From: Acetofilamentum sp.
GTDB taxonomy: Bacteria > Bacteroidota > Bacteroidia > Bacteroidales > DYOH01
Direction: 5' to 3'
Length of the DNA stretch: 64,000 bases
NCBI GenBank assembly: GCA_020720625.1
Contig: DYOH01000001.1
Coordinates: 29,085-93,084, forward strand
Of this stretch, positions 49,022 to 59,025 are shown piece by piece (within the stretch, counting starts at the first letter, position 1; each line of letters opens with the position of its first letter). Under the pieces are notes generated by a model that had not been told where the DNA came from, ran no database searches, and saw only the letters and a program-made list of their open reading frames with translations. The translations under genes and the position numbers were made by a program.

Positions 49022-50095
49022 ATGGAAGCAGATAGATTTATTTTTGCAGAAAAAAATATATTGATTTACGGTTCTATTGTATTGATATTCTTTATATTGT
49101 TGTTTTGGTTCTCGGTGATTATTCAAAGAAGAAAGCGCAAGAAATTAGGCGATTCGGCTATTATTGCCAAAATTATTTCTGGGAAATCTAATTTTCGTCT
49201 AATGAGCTCTTTTGTATTTGTTATTTTAGGTTTTGCTTTTATTGTATTGGGTCAATCAAGACCACAATTCGGAGCAAAATTAACGGAGAGCAAACTCGAG
49301 GGGTCTGACATTATGATTGCCCTTGATGTTTCCAATAGTATGAATGCCGAAGATATTAAACCCAACAGGATAGAAAGAGCTAAAATGGCGCTTTTGAAAC
49401 TGGCCGATAAGCTAAACGGTGATCGTATCGGAATTATTATTTTTGCCGGCGATGCTTTTGTGCAATTGCCTCTTACAAACGATTACGGTGCTGCACGCAT
49501 GTTTATTTCAAATGTTTCTACAAATATGATTGAAAAACAAGGAACTGCTGTTTCGGCTGCCCTCGATTTGGCCATGAAATCTTTTCAATCAGAATCCAAA
49601 GCCGGTAAATCGATTTTAATTATTAGCGATGGTGAGAATCACGAGGAAGGTGCCTTAGAACTTGCATCAGAAGCTGCAAAACAAGGTTTTGTAATCCATT
49701 CCATTGGTATGGGGCAGCCACAAGGAGCGCCAATTCCTGTGTATAATCAATTTGGACAAAGAGATTACTGGAAGGATAAAGATGGAAATACCGTTATAAG
49801 CAAGTTGAATGAAAACATGCTCATGCAATTGGCTAAGGCGGGAAACGGAATCTATGTGCGGGCCAGCACAAGTTCGGCAGGGCTAAATGCACTTTACGAC
49901 GAGATTCAGAAAATGGAGAAGCAAAAGCATGAATCTAAGCAGTATGCGGAATACAACGAGCAGTTTCAGTATTTTTTTGGAATAGCTCTTTTGTTTTTAT
50001 TTTTGGAGTTGTTTATCCTGCAACGCAAACCTAAGAGATTCGAAAATTTTAGTTTATTTAAGTCTGATATTATTTCAGCAGTTAAATCGAAATAA
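49022..50095 (+). CDS. batB: Aerotolerance protein BatB (vWA)
   Basis: RPQFG, DVSNSM, PLTNDY, SDGENHE; follows batA; ATG at 49022. Confidence 0.93.
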   Translation: MEADRFIFAEKNILIYGSIVLIFFILLFWFSVIIQRRKRKKLGDSAIIAKIISGKSNFRLMSSFVFVILGFAFIVLGQSRPQFGAKLTESKLEGSDIMIALDVSNSMNAEDIKPNRIERAKMALLKLADKLNGDRIGIIIFAGDAFVQLPLTNDYGAARMFISNVSTNMIEKQGTAVSAALDLAMKSFQSESKAGKSILIISDGENHEEGALELASEAAKQGFVIHSIGMGQPQGAPIPVYNQFGQRDYWKDKDGNTVISKLNENMLMQLAKAGNGIYVRASTSSAGLNALYDEIQKMEKQKHESKQYAEYNEQFQYFFGIALLFLFLELFILQRKPKRFENFSLFKSDIISAVKSK

Positions 50096-50107
50096 ATCTT
50101 ATTATCC

Positions 50108-50827
50108 ATGAGTAGATTAGTGTTATTTATTATTCTGATGAATCTTGGTATTGTAAAAGTTCTGGCACAAGCAGAGAATGCCCAGATTAGAAAAGGAAAC
50201 AAAGAATTTAAGAAAGCAAATTTTAGCAATGCACAAGTGAAGTATACCGGTGCGTTGGAAAAAAATCCGCTAAGTTTTGGTGCAAATTATAATTTGGGAA
50301 ATACAGCATTTGTACAAAAAAATTACGAAGAAGCCACCAAGCATTTTGCAGAGATAAGCCAATTGAACGAAAACGCTTCTAACTTAGCGCTTGCCAATTT
50401 TAACTTAGGAAATAGCTACATGGCACAGCAAAAATATCAGGAAGCAGTGCAGGCCTATAAAACCGCACTAAAACATAATCCTGACGATTATGAGGCAAAA
50501 TACAATTTATCTTATGCTCAAAAAAAATTGAAAGAGAGTCAGCAAAATCAGCAGAATCAGAATAAAGAAAATCAGCAAGACGAAAATAAGAACGAAAATC
50601 AGCAGAATAAGGAGAATAATGAGGAGCAGAATCAGGAGAAACAAGAAAACCAAAATCAGCAAAATAACGAAAATCAGAATCAAAATCAGCCACAAAAGCA
50701 AAAAATTAGTCCGCAGGATGCCCAGCGATTATTAAAAGCAATTGATGAAGCTGATAAAAAAGTGCAACAAAAATTAGCCAAAGAAAAAGCCAAGGCTAGT
50801 AAAACCAAGTTGGAAAAAGATTGGTAG
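50108..50827 (+). CDS. batC: Aerotolerance protein BatC (TPR)
   Basis: YNLGN TPR repeats, Q/N/E-rich linker, terminal EKDW. Confidence 0.92.
   Translation: MSRLVLFIILMNLGIVKVLAQAENAQIRKGNKEFKKANFSNAQVKYTGALEKNPLSFGANYNLGNTAFVQKNYEEATKHFAEISQLNENASNLALANFNLGNSYMAQQKYQEAVQAYKTALKHNPDDYEAKYNLSYAQKKLKESQQNQQNQNKENQQDENKNENQQNKENNEEQNQEKQENQNQQNNENQNQNQPQKQKISPQDAQRLLKAIDEADKKVQQKLAKEKAKASKTKLEKDW
50538..50700 (+). repeat. Low-complexity coding repeat (Gln/Asn/Glu)
   Basis: Recurrent AATCAG/CAGAAT/CAAAAT units encoding QQNQQNQNKENQQ... Confidence 0.8.
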
Positions 50828-50856
50828 TTTGACGCATGTAGGCTGAAAAACGAAAA

Positions 50857-50898
50857 AAGGGTGAAACGGACTTAGACTTTTATACCGTATTCACCCTT
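50857..50898. terminator. Hairpin between convergent genes, probable terminator
   Basis: AAGGGTGAA-ACGG ... CCGT-A-TTCACCCTT; the A-run on the left gives a T-tail on the minus strand. Confidence 0.6.
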
Positions 50899-50912
50899 AA
50901 ATATTTTAAGGA

Positions 50913-52346
50913 TTACTGTTTTCTTCCGAAGCAATATAAATAACCATCACGGGAGGCAAGGTATAAGAATCCGTCTACCGCAATAGGAGTGGCATCAATT
51001 TCCATATTATCGAGCCTAGCAATAAGTTCCACGCTTGCATTCTTATTTATCCTATACAAAAGCAATCCATTGTCTAAGGCCACAATAAGCTTATTTTTTA
51101 TAAAAATAGGCGTTGAAATAGTGCCTCCAATATACGATTTATACAATAGCTCAGGCATTGGAATCAGTGTTTTTCCATCTGTTCCGATGCCAAACATTCC
51201 TGAAATTTGATCGTGTTGCACAATATGCAAAAAACCGTCTACTCCAACAAAGGCTGCCAAGTGCAAAGAATCTGTTGTTGCATCGTTTACTGCTACAGAG
51301 CCAATGATGCCACCACGCCAATGAAACCATTTGCGGTTAGCCGTTGGATAGTACCAAACAACTGAATTTTCGGGTTTTTCTGAAGGATTCAACTTGTATA
51401 CTCCACCGTTTCCGGGAATATAATCCTTTTCTACCGGAATGAGTAGATTGTTGTCGTAAGTAACCGTTGGAGTGCCATTTAAATCTGAACCTATATTGAA
51501 AACCCATGTAGTATCGCGGGCATGTGTATTATATCCATAAACCCTGCCGCTGCCGGCAGTTGTGTATACAAAATTATTTAGGAATACCGGCGCCGATTCT
51601 GTTTCGAGATTAGTGCCATGTGTTAAAGTATCACTTAAATTAAAGTATAATATCTCTTTGTAAATAAGCGGTTCTTTATATTTACCCACTTTGTGTGCTT
51701 TGGCCGGATCCGGGGAAAAAATAGTAAAAATTCCATTCTCAAGTGGAATGTAAGCTGTATCGTTTATTACTAAAACTGTTGCATCAACATCGCGACTATA
51801 GCTAATGGTTTGTTCCACGTTCATGCGCCATAGTTCTTTGCCGCTAAAATAGCTAATTGCCCTGAAACTATAGGCTTTATCGGCATCTAACGGATTGTCG
51901 GCACCACGGCGGCTTCCTTGCATAATCACATATTTTTCGTTACTATTTTTGGCATTTTGGTTTTCCCATATTGCGGGCGAACCTTTTAATATATCGTCGA
52001 ATTTGTATTCCCAAACGATTTTTTGAGTTTCGATATCAATCTTTTTTAAGCCATAGTCAAAAGAAGGTTGAATGAGATAGTTTTTGTCGTTTTCTCTAAT
52101 AAAAAGAGCTTGTCCTGTCCAACCAGCCCCTTTCCACATTCGGTTTGGGTCTCCATAAGCCGGACTTCGACCTTCGCCAAGCCACAATTTCCAAACGAGT
52201 GCTAAAGTGTCCGGAGCTTCATTTCCATAATAATTTCTCTTTTCGGAACCCAGATAGCTGCTTACAATAGGTTCAATATTTTGAGAATAAGTGCGGTGAG
52301 ATAGAAGAAAAACAAGAATTGAGCTAATAATACTATATTTTATCAT
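50913..52346 (-). CDS. Exported PQQ-like beta-propeller protein
   Basis: Signal peptide from the ATG at 52346; WKGAGWTGQ, repeated W-x-F/Y...SP/TP blade motifs, terminal LYLASRDGYLYCFG. Confidence 0.82.
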   Translation of the reverse strand: MIKYSIISSILVFLLSHRTYSQNIEPIVSSYLGSEKRNYYGNEAPDTLALVWKLWLGEGRSPAYGDPNRMWKGAGWTGQALFIRENDKNYLIQPSFDYGLKKIDIETQKIVWEYKFDDILKGSPAIWENQNAKNSNEKYVIMQGSRRGADNPLDADKAYSFRAISYFSGKELWRMNVEQTISYSRDVDATVLVINDTAYIPLENGIFTIFSPDPAKAHKVGKYKEPLIYKEILYFNLSDTLTHGTNLETESAPVFLNNFVYTTAGSGRVYGYNTHARDTTWVFNIGSDLNGTPTVTYDNNLLIPVEKDYIPGNGGVYKLNPSEKPENSVVWYYPTANRKWFHWRGGIIGSVAVNDATTDSLHLAAFVGVDGFLHIVQHDQISGMFGIGTDGKTLIPMPELLYKSYIGGTISTPIFIKNKLIVALDNGLLLYRINKNASVELIARLDNMEIDATPIAVDGFLYLASRDGYLYCFGRKQ

Positions 52347-52534
52347 AATTTTTTGTTTTGGCTGCAAAATAGCATTAATTTAAATTTTTTGCATTGTAGC
52401 AACAAATTAATTATTGAATTATCACCAAAGGATGTTGTGCCATCTTATATTTCTGTGCGTAATACTCAAATTGAAAATAATATTTGCACATGAACCGATA
52501 AAATAAGAATTTTGCACTCTAAAATTATCATATA

Positions 52535-53695
52535 ATGAAACGTGTTGTTGTAGGCCTGTCGGGAGGTGTTGATTCAAGTGTAGCTGCTTATTTGCTTAAA
52601 GAACAGGGATATGAAGTAATTGGCATATATATGCAAAATTGGCACGATACCACCGGCCTGCTATATGGCGATTGTGCCTGGACAGATGATGTGAACTTTG
52701 CCACTTTGGTTGCCAAAAGGCTAGAAATACCATTCTATAAGGTAGATTTAAGCCTTGAATATAAAAAACGAGTGGTTGACTATATGTTTGCTGAATATGA
52801 AAAAGGCAGAACACCAAATCCGGATGTTTTATGCAACAGAGAAGTTAAGTTTGATTTGTTTGTAGAAGTTGCTCAAAAATATGCGGCCGATTATGTGGCA
52901 ACGGGGCATTATGCCAGAATTGAAGCATGCGAAGGAAGTGGAATTTTTCGTTTGCTTGCAGGAGTAGACAGAAACAAAGACCAGAGTTACTTTTTATGTC
53001 AGCTCAATCAGAAACAATTATCTGGTGCGCTCTTCCCGATTGGTCATTTGCAAAAGTACGAAGTTCGTGAAATTGCCACCAAATTGGGTTTGGCGACAGC
53101 ACAACGAAAAGATTCTCAAGGTATTTGTTTTGTAGGTCAAGTAGATTTGCCATCTTTTCTGATGCAGCAGCTAAAACCTCGCGAAGGCGAAATAATAGAG
53201 ATACCTTTAGATTTTCCACCTTATAGTATTGCATCCAATGGATTAGACGAATTATCGAAAGCCATTGTTTACAAGAAATCAGATGGCAAACTGGTTGGAA
53301 AGCACAGAGGAGCGCATTATTTTACCATTGGACAACGAAAAGGCCTTAATGTTGGTGGAAAAGCCGAACCCTTATTTGTGATTGCAACGGATGTGAATGA
53401 AAATATTATCTATACCGGTCAAGGTCAAAACCATCCGGGATTGTTTCGAAAGGCTTTATTTATTGAAAAAAAGGATGAACATTGGGTACGACCCGATTTA
53501 AAACTTCGGCCAGAGCAAAGTATGATGGTATTATGCCGCATCAGATACCGACAGCCTTTGCAAAAGGCTCAAATTCTTTCAGGCGAAAATGGACTATATA
53601 TTTTATTTGATGAGCCGCAGCGCGGAATAACATCCGGTCAATTCGCCGCCTGGTATATTGACGACGAATTAATCGGTTCGGGCGTTATTCAGTGA
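52535..53695 (+). CDS. mnmA: tRNA 2-thiouridine(34) synthase
   Basis: [43 protein letters not shown]. Confidence 0.98.
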   Translation: MKRVVVGLSGGVDSSVAAYLLKEQGYEVIGIYMQNWHDTTGLLYGDCAWTDDVNFATLVAKRLEIPFYKVDLSLEYKKRVVDYMFAEYEKGRTPNPDVLCNREVKFDLFVEVAQKYAADYVATGHYARIEACEGSGIFRLLAGVDRNKDQSYFLCQLNQKQLSGALFPIGHLQKYEVREIATKLGLATAQRKDSQGICFVGQVDLPSFLMQQLKPREGEIIEIPLDFPPYSIASNGLDELSKAIVYKKSDGKLVGKHRGAHYFTIGQRKGLNVGGKAEPLFVIATDVNENIIYTGQGQNHPGLFRKALFIEKKDEHWVRPDLKLRPEQSMMVLCRIRYRQPLQKAQILSGENGLYILFDEPQRGITSGQFAAWYIDDELIGSGVIQ

Positions 53696-54095
53696 AATAG
53701 GGTTGGAGCGCATCAATTAGTTCATGCGGTGGACGAATAGGGCGACGGCTTTTACCATCGATAAAAATTAAGGTAGCGTGCCCTTGGTTTATAAGTTCTC
53801 CCTCCTGATTAAACAAATTATAGTGAAACATCATTCTAACGCCGGGTAATTCTCTTACAGTTGTTTTTATAGTTATTTCGTCGTCGTAATAAGCAGGCTT
53901 AATGTACCTTGAATGAATTTCGAGTACCGGCATAAATATGCCCTGTTTTTCTAATTCGCCATAAGGTAAGCCTAATCTGCGAATAAGTTCAGTGCGTCCA
54001 ATTTCGTAGAATTCGGCATATTTTCCGTGATAAACATAGCCCATTTGATCGGTTTCGCTATATCTTATTCTTACTTTGGTTTCTCCAGAAATCAT
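53685..54095 (-). CDS. Acyl-CoA thioesterase (YbgC/4HBT family)
   Basis: [20 protein letters not shown]. Confidence 0.93.
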   Translation of the reverse strand: MISGETKVRIRYSETDQMGYVYHGKYAEFYEIGRTELIRRLGLPYGELEKQGIFMPVLEIHSRYIKPAYYDDEITIKTTVRELPGVRMMFHYNLFNQEGELINQGHATLIFIDGKSRRPIRPPHELIDALQPYFTE

Positions 54096-54097
54096 AA

Positions 54098-55054
54098 TTA
54101 AAATGGTATTTTTGTTAAATCAATATTTCCACCCGAAAGAATTAAACCAATCTTTCGATTTTCAAATATACGTTTATTTTTTAAAACTACGGCAAAAACT
54201 ACAGCGCTTGATGGCTCAATAATAATTTTCATTCTTTCCCAAATAAGTTTCATGGCATGAATAATTTCGGCATCGCTTACAGTAAATATATCTGTAACAT
54301 ATTGCATAATAATGGGATATGTTTTGTCGCCCAGAGAAGTAAGTAAACCATCGGCAATTGTATAAGGATTTTCGGAAGCTATAAATTTATGTTCTTTAAA
54401 ACTATTGAATGCATCATTTGCTCCTTCGGGCTCAGCTGCAAATACCAATGTTTTTGGCGAAAAATAGTGTGCTGCAAGCAAGGTTCCGCTTAATAAACCG
54501 CCGCCCCCAACTGGGCATACGATGGCATCCAGATTCGGAAAATCATCTATAAGTTCTTTGGCGGCTGTAGCTTGTGCTTCAATAATATCGTACATATTGT
54601 ACGGGTGAATAACATGAGCACCGGTAAGTTTTACCACCTCATTTAGTTTTTCTTCTCTGGCAGCAAGCGTAGGTTTGCATAGGTATATTTTTCCGCCATA
54701 GTCTTTTACGGCATTTTGCTTTACCAGAGGAGCATTTTCGGGCATTACTATATGAGCATCAAAACCATGTACTTTGGCTGCCAGTGCAAGAGCCTGTGCA
54801 TGATTTCCGGAACTATGGGTTGCCACAGCTTTTATGCCAGCATTTTTTTCAAGCAATTTTAAAATTGCATTGCTCGCTCCACGATATTTAAAAGCACCTA
54901 CTTTTTGGAAATTTTCGCACTTAAAAAAGAGCTCGGCATGGGCCAATTTATTTAGTAATTGCGAGCTTAATACTGGAGTTCGATGTATAAATGGTCTAAT
55001 TCTTTCGTGAGCTTGAAAAATATTTTCTTGAGAAGGAATTAATATTTCTTTCAT
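54098..55054 (-). CDS. PLP-dependent serine/threonine dehydratase or serine racemase family enzyme
   Basis: KCENFQKVGAFKYRGA, HSSGNHAQ, GGGGLLSG, SGGN; no regulatory ACT domain. Confidence 0.93.
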   Translation of the reverse strand: MKEILIPSQENIFQAHERIRPFIHRTPVLSSQLLNKLAHAELFFKCENFQKVGAFKYRGASNAILKLLEKNAGIKAVATHSSGNHAQALALAAKVHGFDAHIVMPENAPLVKQNAVKDYGGKIYLCKPTLAAREEKLNEVVKLTGAHVIHPYNMYDIIEAQATAAKELIDDFPNLDAIVCPVGGGGLLSGTLLAAHYFSPKTLVFAAEPEGANDAFNSFKEHKFIASENPYTIADGLLTSLGDKTYPIIMQYVTDIFTVSDAEIIHAMKLIWERMKIIIEPSSAVVFAVVLKNKRIFENRKIGLILSGGNIDLTKIPF

Positions 55055-55131
55055 TTTTAGATAATTAAATTGATAAATAAATGAATCAGTAAAATTAATC
55101 GGAATTTTCTTAAAAAAAAATGCAACTCAGG

Positions 55132-55162
55132 TTTGGAGATTAAAATAAAGAATCTATCTTTG
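55132..55162 (+). promoter_or_regulatory. Bacteroidota -33/-7 promoter of the tRNA operon
   Basis: TTTG (55132-55135), 19-nt spacer, TATCTTTG (55155-55162). Confidence 0.75.
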
Positions 55163-55189
55163 CAACGCTTTTCGAAAAAAATACGAAAT

Positions 55190-55262
55190 GACTCGCTAGC
55201 TCAGTAGGTAGAGCACATGCCTTTTAAGCATGGGGTCCTGGGTTCGAATCCCAGGCGGGTCA
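55190..55262 (+). tRNA. tRNA-Lys(TTT)
   Basis: Full cloverleaf: GACTCGC/GCGGGTC acceptor, CATGC-CTTTTAA-GCATG anticodon arm, GGTTCGAATCC T-arm; CCA not encoded. Confidence 0.98.
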
Positions 55263-55280
55263 CATTTGTCGAAAAGCATC

Positions 55281-55353
55281 GACTCGCTAGCTCAGTAGGT
55301 AGAGCACATGCCTTTTAAGCATGGGGTCCTGGGTTCGAATCCCAGGCGGGTCA
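55281..55353 (+). tRNA. tRNA-Lys(TTT), identical second copy
   Basis: Exact 73-nt duplicate after an 18-nt spacer. Confidence 0.98.
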
Positions 55354-55354
55354 C

Positions 55355-55385
55355 AAGTCGATAAGTTTCTTATCGGCTTTTTTTT
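55355..55385 (+). terminator. Intrinsic terminator of the tRNA operon
   Basis: AAGTCGATAAG-ttt-CTTATCGGCTT followed by a T-run. Confidence 0.85.
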
Positions 55386-55456
55386 ATTTCTATTTGAAAA
55401 AGCAACTTCTTTTCTTACTTTTACATCATCAAAGCAACACTTAATAATTACCAAAA

Positions 55457-57844
55457 ATGATGAAAAGATTTCTTATCCTCGTTTTCGCGACATTTTTGTC
55501 GGGCTACGCTGTATCACAAAATTATACGATTAGTGGTTTTATTTCGGATGCCGGAACCGGCGAACGATTGGTGAGTGCCACAGTTTACGACGCGAATACT
55601 CTAAAGGGCAGTATATCAAATAACTACGGCTTTTTTAGTCTTACCCTTCCTGCCGGAAAAGTGAAATTTGTAGTTTCATACGTGGGATATTCTGCTTATT
55701 CTCAGGAAATTGAATTAAAAGCCAATGTGCAATTAAATGTAGCCATCGAAATGTCTACAGAGCTCGAAGAAGTGGTGGTTACCGAAAACAAGATTGAAAA
55801 ACATGTAGAAAGCACCGAAATGAGCGTAGTAGAGCTGCAAATAAAATCAATTAATACACTTCCTGTGTTGCTAGGCGAAGTTGATGTGATGAAAACAATA
55901 CAGCTATTGCCGGGTGTGCAGTCGGGAAACGAGGGAACAAGCGGAATTTATGTGCGTGGGGGTGGGCCCGACCAAAATCTTATTTTACTCGATGGAGTTC
56001 CTGTTTATAATGCAAATCATTTGTTTGGTTTTTTTAGTGTTTTTAATGCTGATGCCATTTCAAATATTAAGTTGATAAAGGGTGGATTTCCTGCTCGCTA
56101 TGGCGGTAGGCTGTCGTCGGTAATTGATATTAAGATGAAGGAAGGAAATCAGAAAGAAATTGCCGGGGATGCCACAGTGGGATTAATTGCCACTAAGTTG
56201 ACTCTCGAAGGTCCAATCATTAAAGATAAAACATCTTTTATTATCTCTGCAAGAAGAACTTATATCGATTTGCTAATTCAGCCATTTATTGCTGCGGCAG
56301 CGCTCACAGAGGGGGTTATTGTTAATGCCGGATACTTTTTTCAGGATTTTAATTTTAAAGTAAATCATAAGTTTTCTGAACGTAATCGTTTATACTTGAG
56401 TGCTTATACCGGAAAAGACCGCTTATATGCCAAGACCACAGAGTTGTGGGATGGCTCTGTTTATAAATACAATTTTGGTATTCAATGGGGAAATATTACA
56501 TCTACCTTACGCTGGAATTATGTATTTAGCAATAAATTATTTTCTAATACTACCTTGACTTACAGTAATTATACCTTCGAAACCCCACTGGAATATTATT
56601 TCAAAGAAAAAATTAACGATGTATTTCAAACGGAGTCTTTTATTTTGAATTTTGCATCAGGCATACGGGATTACGCAATAAATGTTGATTTTGATTATAT
56701 TCCATCCCCAAACCACTATATCAGGTTTGGTGCAAGCAATATCTACCATATTTTTAAGCCAGGGGTAAATATTATTAAACAAACTTCGGCATATACCGAA
56801 GCCGACTTGGATACAACATTCGGAAATGCCGATATATTTGCTAACGAATATGGATTTTATTTTGAAGACGAATTTTCTTTGTTCTCGAATGCCTTAAAAG
56901 TTAATGCAGGATTAAGAATGAATGGTTTTTATGTGAAAGGCAAAGATTATCAGTCGTTTGAACCAAGAATTTCGGCTCGTCAAAGAATCACCAGAAATTT
57001 ATCTGTAAAAGCTGCCTATAGCCGGATGAGCCAATATTTACATTTGCTAACATCCAGTACCATTGGCCTGCCAACGGATTTGTGGGTTCCGGTTACAGAT
57101 TCTATTCCTCCACAATTTTCGCAGCAATATGCATTAGGAATTTTTTATAATTTTCTCGACAAATACGCTGTGAGTGTAGAAGGATTTTACAAAAGCATGC
57201 ACAATTTGATTGAATATAAGGACGGTGCCGATTATTTTAGTCAGAATACAAATTGGGAAAAGAAAATTGAAATTGGAGACGGGGAAGCCTATGGAATGGA
57301 ATTTTTTGTAGAGAAAAAACTAGGTAAAACTACCGGATGGATTGGCTATACACTATCATGGAGCACCCGACAATTCGAAAATGTGAATTTTGGAAAAGAA
57401 TTTCCATACAAGTACGACCGCAGACATGATGTAAGTTTTGTACTTACCCATAAATTTAGCGAGCGAATAGATTTTGGTCTTACATGGATTTATGGTTCAG
57501 GTAATACAACCACACTTTCGCTGGAAAAATATATGGCCGGCGGATATTCCAATTACGATTACTATATCAACCAAAGCTACTTTGAACCCATTGTGGTCGA
57601 CTATTACGAGTCGCGAAACAGTTATCGGATGCCGGCATACCACCGTTTGGATTTGAACGTAAATTTCTCTAAAAAAGTAAAATATGGTACACAGATTATC
57701 AGTATAGGTGCCTATAATGTGTATAACCGTAAAAATCCTATGTTTTTAAATCTGGAGTACAGTAATGCGAGCAAGCAATTCAATTTGGTTCAGTATAGTT
57801 TTTTCCCCATAATTCCGTCTATTAGTTATAGAATAACTTTTTAA
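55457..57844 (+). CDS. TonB-dependent receptor with N-terminal carboxypeptidase-regulatory-like domain
   Basis: ISGFISD..TGE.L, plug LPGVQ...YVRGG.PDQNLILLDG, YGGRLSSV, terminal aromatic residue. Confidence 0.93.
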   Translation: MMKRFLILVFATFLSGYAVSQNYTISGFISDAGTGERLVSATVYDANTLKGSISNNYGFFSLTLPAGKVKFVVSYVGYSAYSQEIELKANVQLNVAIEMSTELEEVVVTENKIEKHVESTEMSVVELQIKSINTLPVLLGEVDVMKTIQLLPGVQSGNEGTSGIYVRGGGPDQNLILLDGVPVYNANHLFGFFSVFNADAISNIKLIKGGFPARYGGRLSSVIDIKMKEGNQKEIAGDATVGLIATKLTLEGPIIKDKTSFIISARRTYIDLLIQPFIAAAALTEGVIVNAGYFFQDFNFKVNHKFSERNRLYLSAYTGKDRLYAKTTELWDGSVYKYNFGIQWGNITSTLRWNYVFSNKLFSNTTLTYSNYTFETPLEYYFKEKINDVFQTESFILNFASGIRDYAINVDFDYIPSPNHYIRFGASNIYHIFKPGVNIIKQTSAYTEADLDTTFGNADIFANEYGFYFEDEFSLFSNALKVNAGLRMNGFYVKGKDYQSFEPRISARQRITRNLSVKAAYSRMSQYLHLLTSSTIGLPTDLWVPVTDSIPPQFSQQYALGIFYNFLDKYAVSVEGFYKSMHNLIEYKDGADYFSQNTNWEKKIEIGDGEAYGMEFFVEKKLGKTTGWIGYTLSWSTRQFENVNFGKEFPYKYDRRHDVSFVLTHKFSERIDFGLTWIYGSGNTTTLSLEKYMAGGYSNYDYYINQSYFEPIVVDYYESRNSYRMPAYHRLDLNVNFSKKVKYGTQIISIGAYNVYNRKNPMFLNLEYSNASKQFNLVQYSFFPIIPSISYRITF

Positions 57845-57854
57845 AAATCAGGCA

Positions 57855-58832
57855 ATGAAAACAACATTAAGAATTATATATCTGGCTATTTTACTCTCTG
57901 CAATGACAAATCAGGCATGTAGAAAAATAATTCCCACAGACATAGAGACAAAAGATAAAAAAATTGTAATGAACGGACTTATTTCACCTTCGGGAATAGA
58001 AGTGCGTGCAAGTCTTAGTTTAGGATTAAATGATATAAGCAACGCAATAGAATATATCAACGATGCCGAAATGGTACTTTATAAAAATGATGAAGCTTTG
58101 GCGGTAATGGTGCGAAATAAATTCGATGATAAAGGTTTATATTATGTGCCTTATTTTACGCCGGAAATAGGCGTAGAGTACACTGTAAAAATTGAAAAAT
58201 CGCCATATCAGAGTATTTCTGCCTCCAGCTATATTCCCGAAACAGTAAAGATAGATACAATTACTTATTTTAAAGAAACTGTTGCAGAAATTGGCTATAC
58301 TTTTCTGGTATATTCGTTTTACCTTACCATAGACGATCCCAAAGAAACCGAGAATTATTATTTTATTGCTGACACTTCTGTGGTATATGATTATTATTAT
58401 GATACATACTTGGAGAAAGACACCATGGTTCAAACTCAACAGGCAATTTACTTGCAATCTACAGATCCGGTTTTTGAAGGTGAAACAGAATATGCAGAAT
58501 ATTTATTATTTTCGGATGAAACCTTTAATGGCCAGAAACGCTCCTTGAAGGTGAGTATTGATGAGTGGGCATTCTCTGGAGATACTATTGATATGAAGTT
58601 TTATCTCTATTCCATTACCAAGGAGTATTATTTATTTCTAAAAAGCAGAGCCTTACAGTTGCAGCAAGACGAAATTTCCAGATTACTGGGGGCTACTCCA
58701 GTACAAATTTTTTCGAATGTTGAAAATGGCTTCGGGTATTTTGGTGGACAAAATTATAGTACGAAATCTATTGAGTTAGATGGAATGGAGAATAACTCTA
58801 AATATAAAAATATAGCAAAAAGGAAAGAATAA
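57855..58832 (+). CDS. DUF4249 family lipoprotein
   Basis: Lipobox QA-C, FSDETFNG, SITKEYY, SNVENGFGYFGG; directly follows a TonB receptor. Confidence 0.85.
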   Translation: MKTTLRIIYLAILLSAMTNQACRKIIPTDIETKDKKIVMNGLISPSGIEVRASLSLGLNDISNAIEYINDAEMVLYKNDEALAVMVRNKFDDKGLYYVPYFTPEIGVEYTVKIEKSPYQSISASSYIPETVKIDTITYFKETVAEIGYTFLVYSFYLTIDDPKETENYYFIADTSVVYDYYYDTYLEKDTMVQTQQAIYLQSTDPVFEGETEYAEYLLFSDETFNGQKRSLKVSIDEWAFSGDTIDMKFYLYSITKEYYLFLKSRALQLQQDEISRLLGATPVQIFSNVENGFGYFGGQNYSTKSIELDGMENNSKYKNIAKRKE

Positions 58833-59025
58833 ACACGCCTCTTGTGCGTTATGAAGATAATCTATAAGAACTTAATATTTTACATTATATTCTATATTAA
58901 GTTTTTATGAATTATTGCTTACAGCACCTAATGTAAGGGATAATGCAAAATAAGATATTTTAATTACATTAGCCTCTGCAAAAAATAGAGCAGAATATAG
59001 TTTAGAACATAAAACAGCAAAAAAT

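Noticed and set aside
50400-50701. Repetitive antisense ORFs (ADF- and LIL-rich)
   Set aside because: Mirror images of the batC Q/N/E low-complexity linker.
55190-55353. Direct repeat as a CRISPR array or an att site
   Set aside because: Both copies are complete tRNA-Lys genes; no cas or integrase gene and no partial tRNA copy noticed elsewhere in the window.
55321-55533. 70-aa ORF in the track
   Set aside because: Overlaps a tRNA, its terminator and the start of the TonB receptor; spurious.
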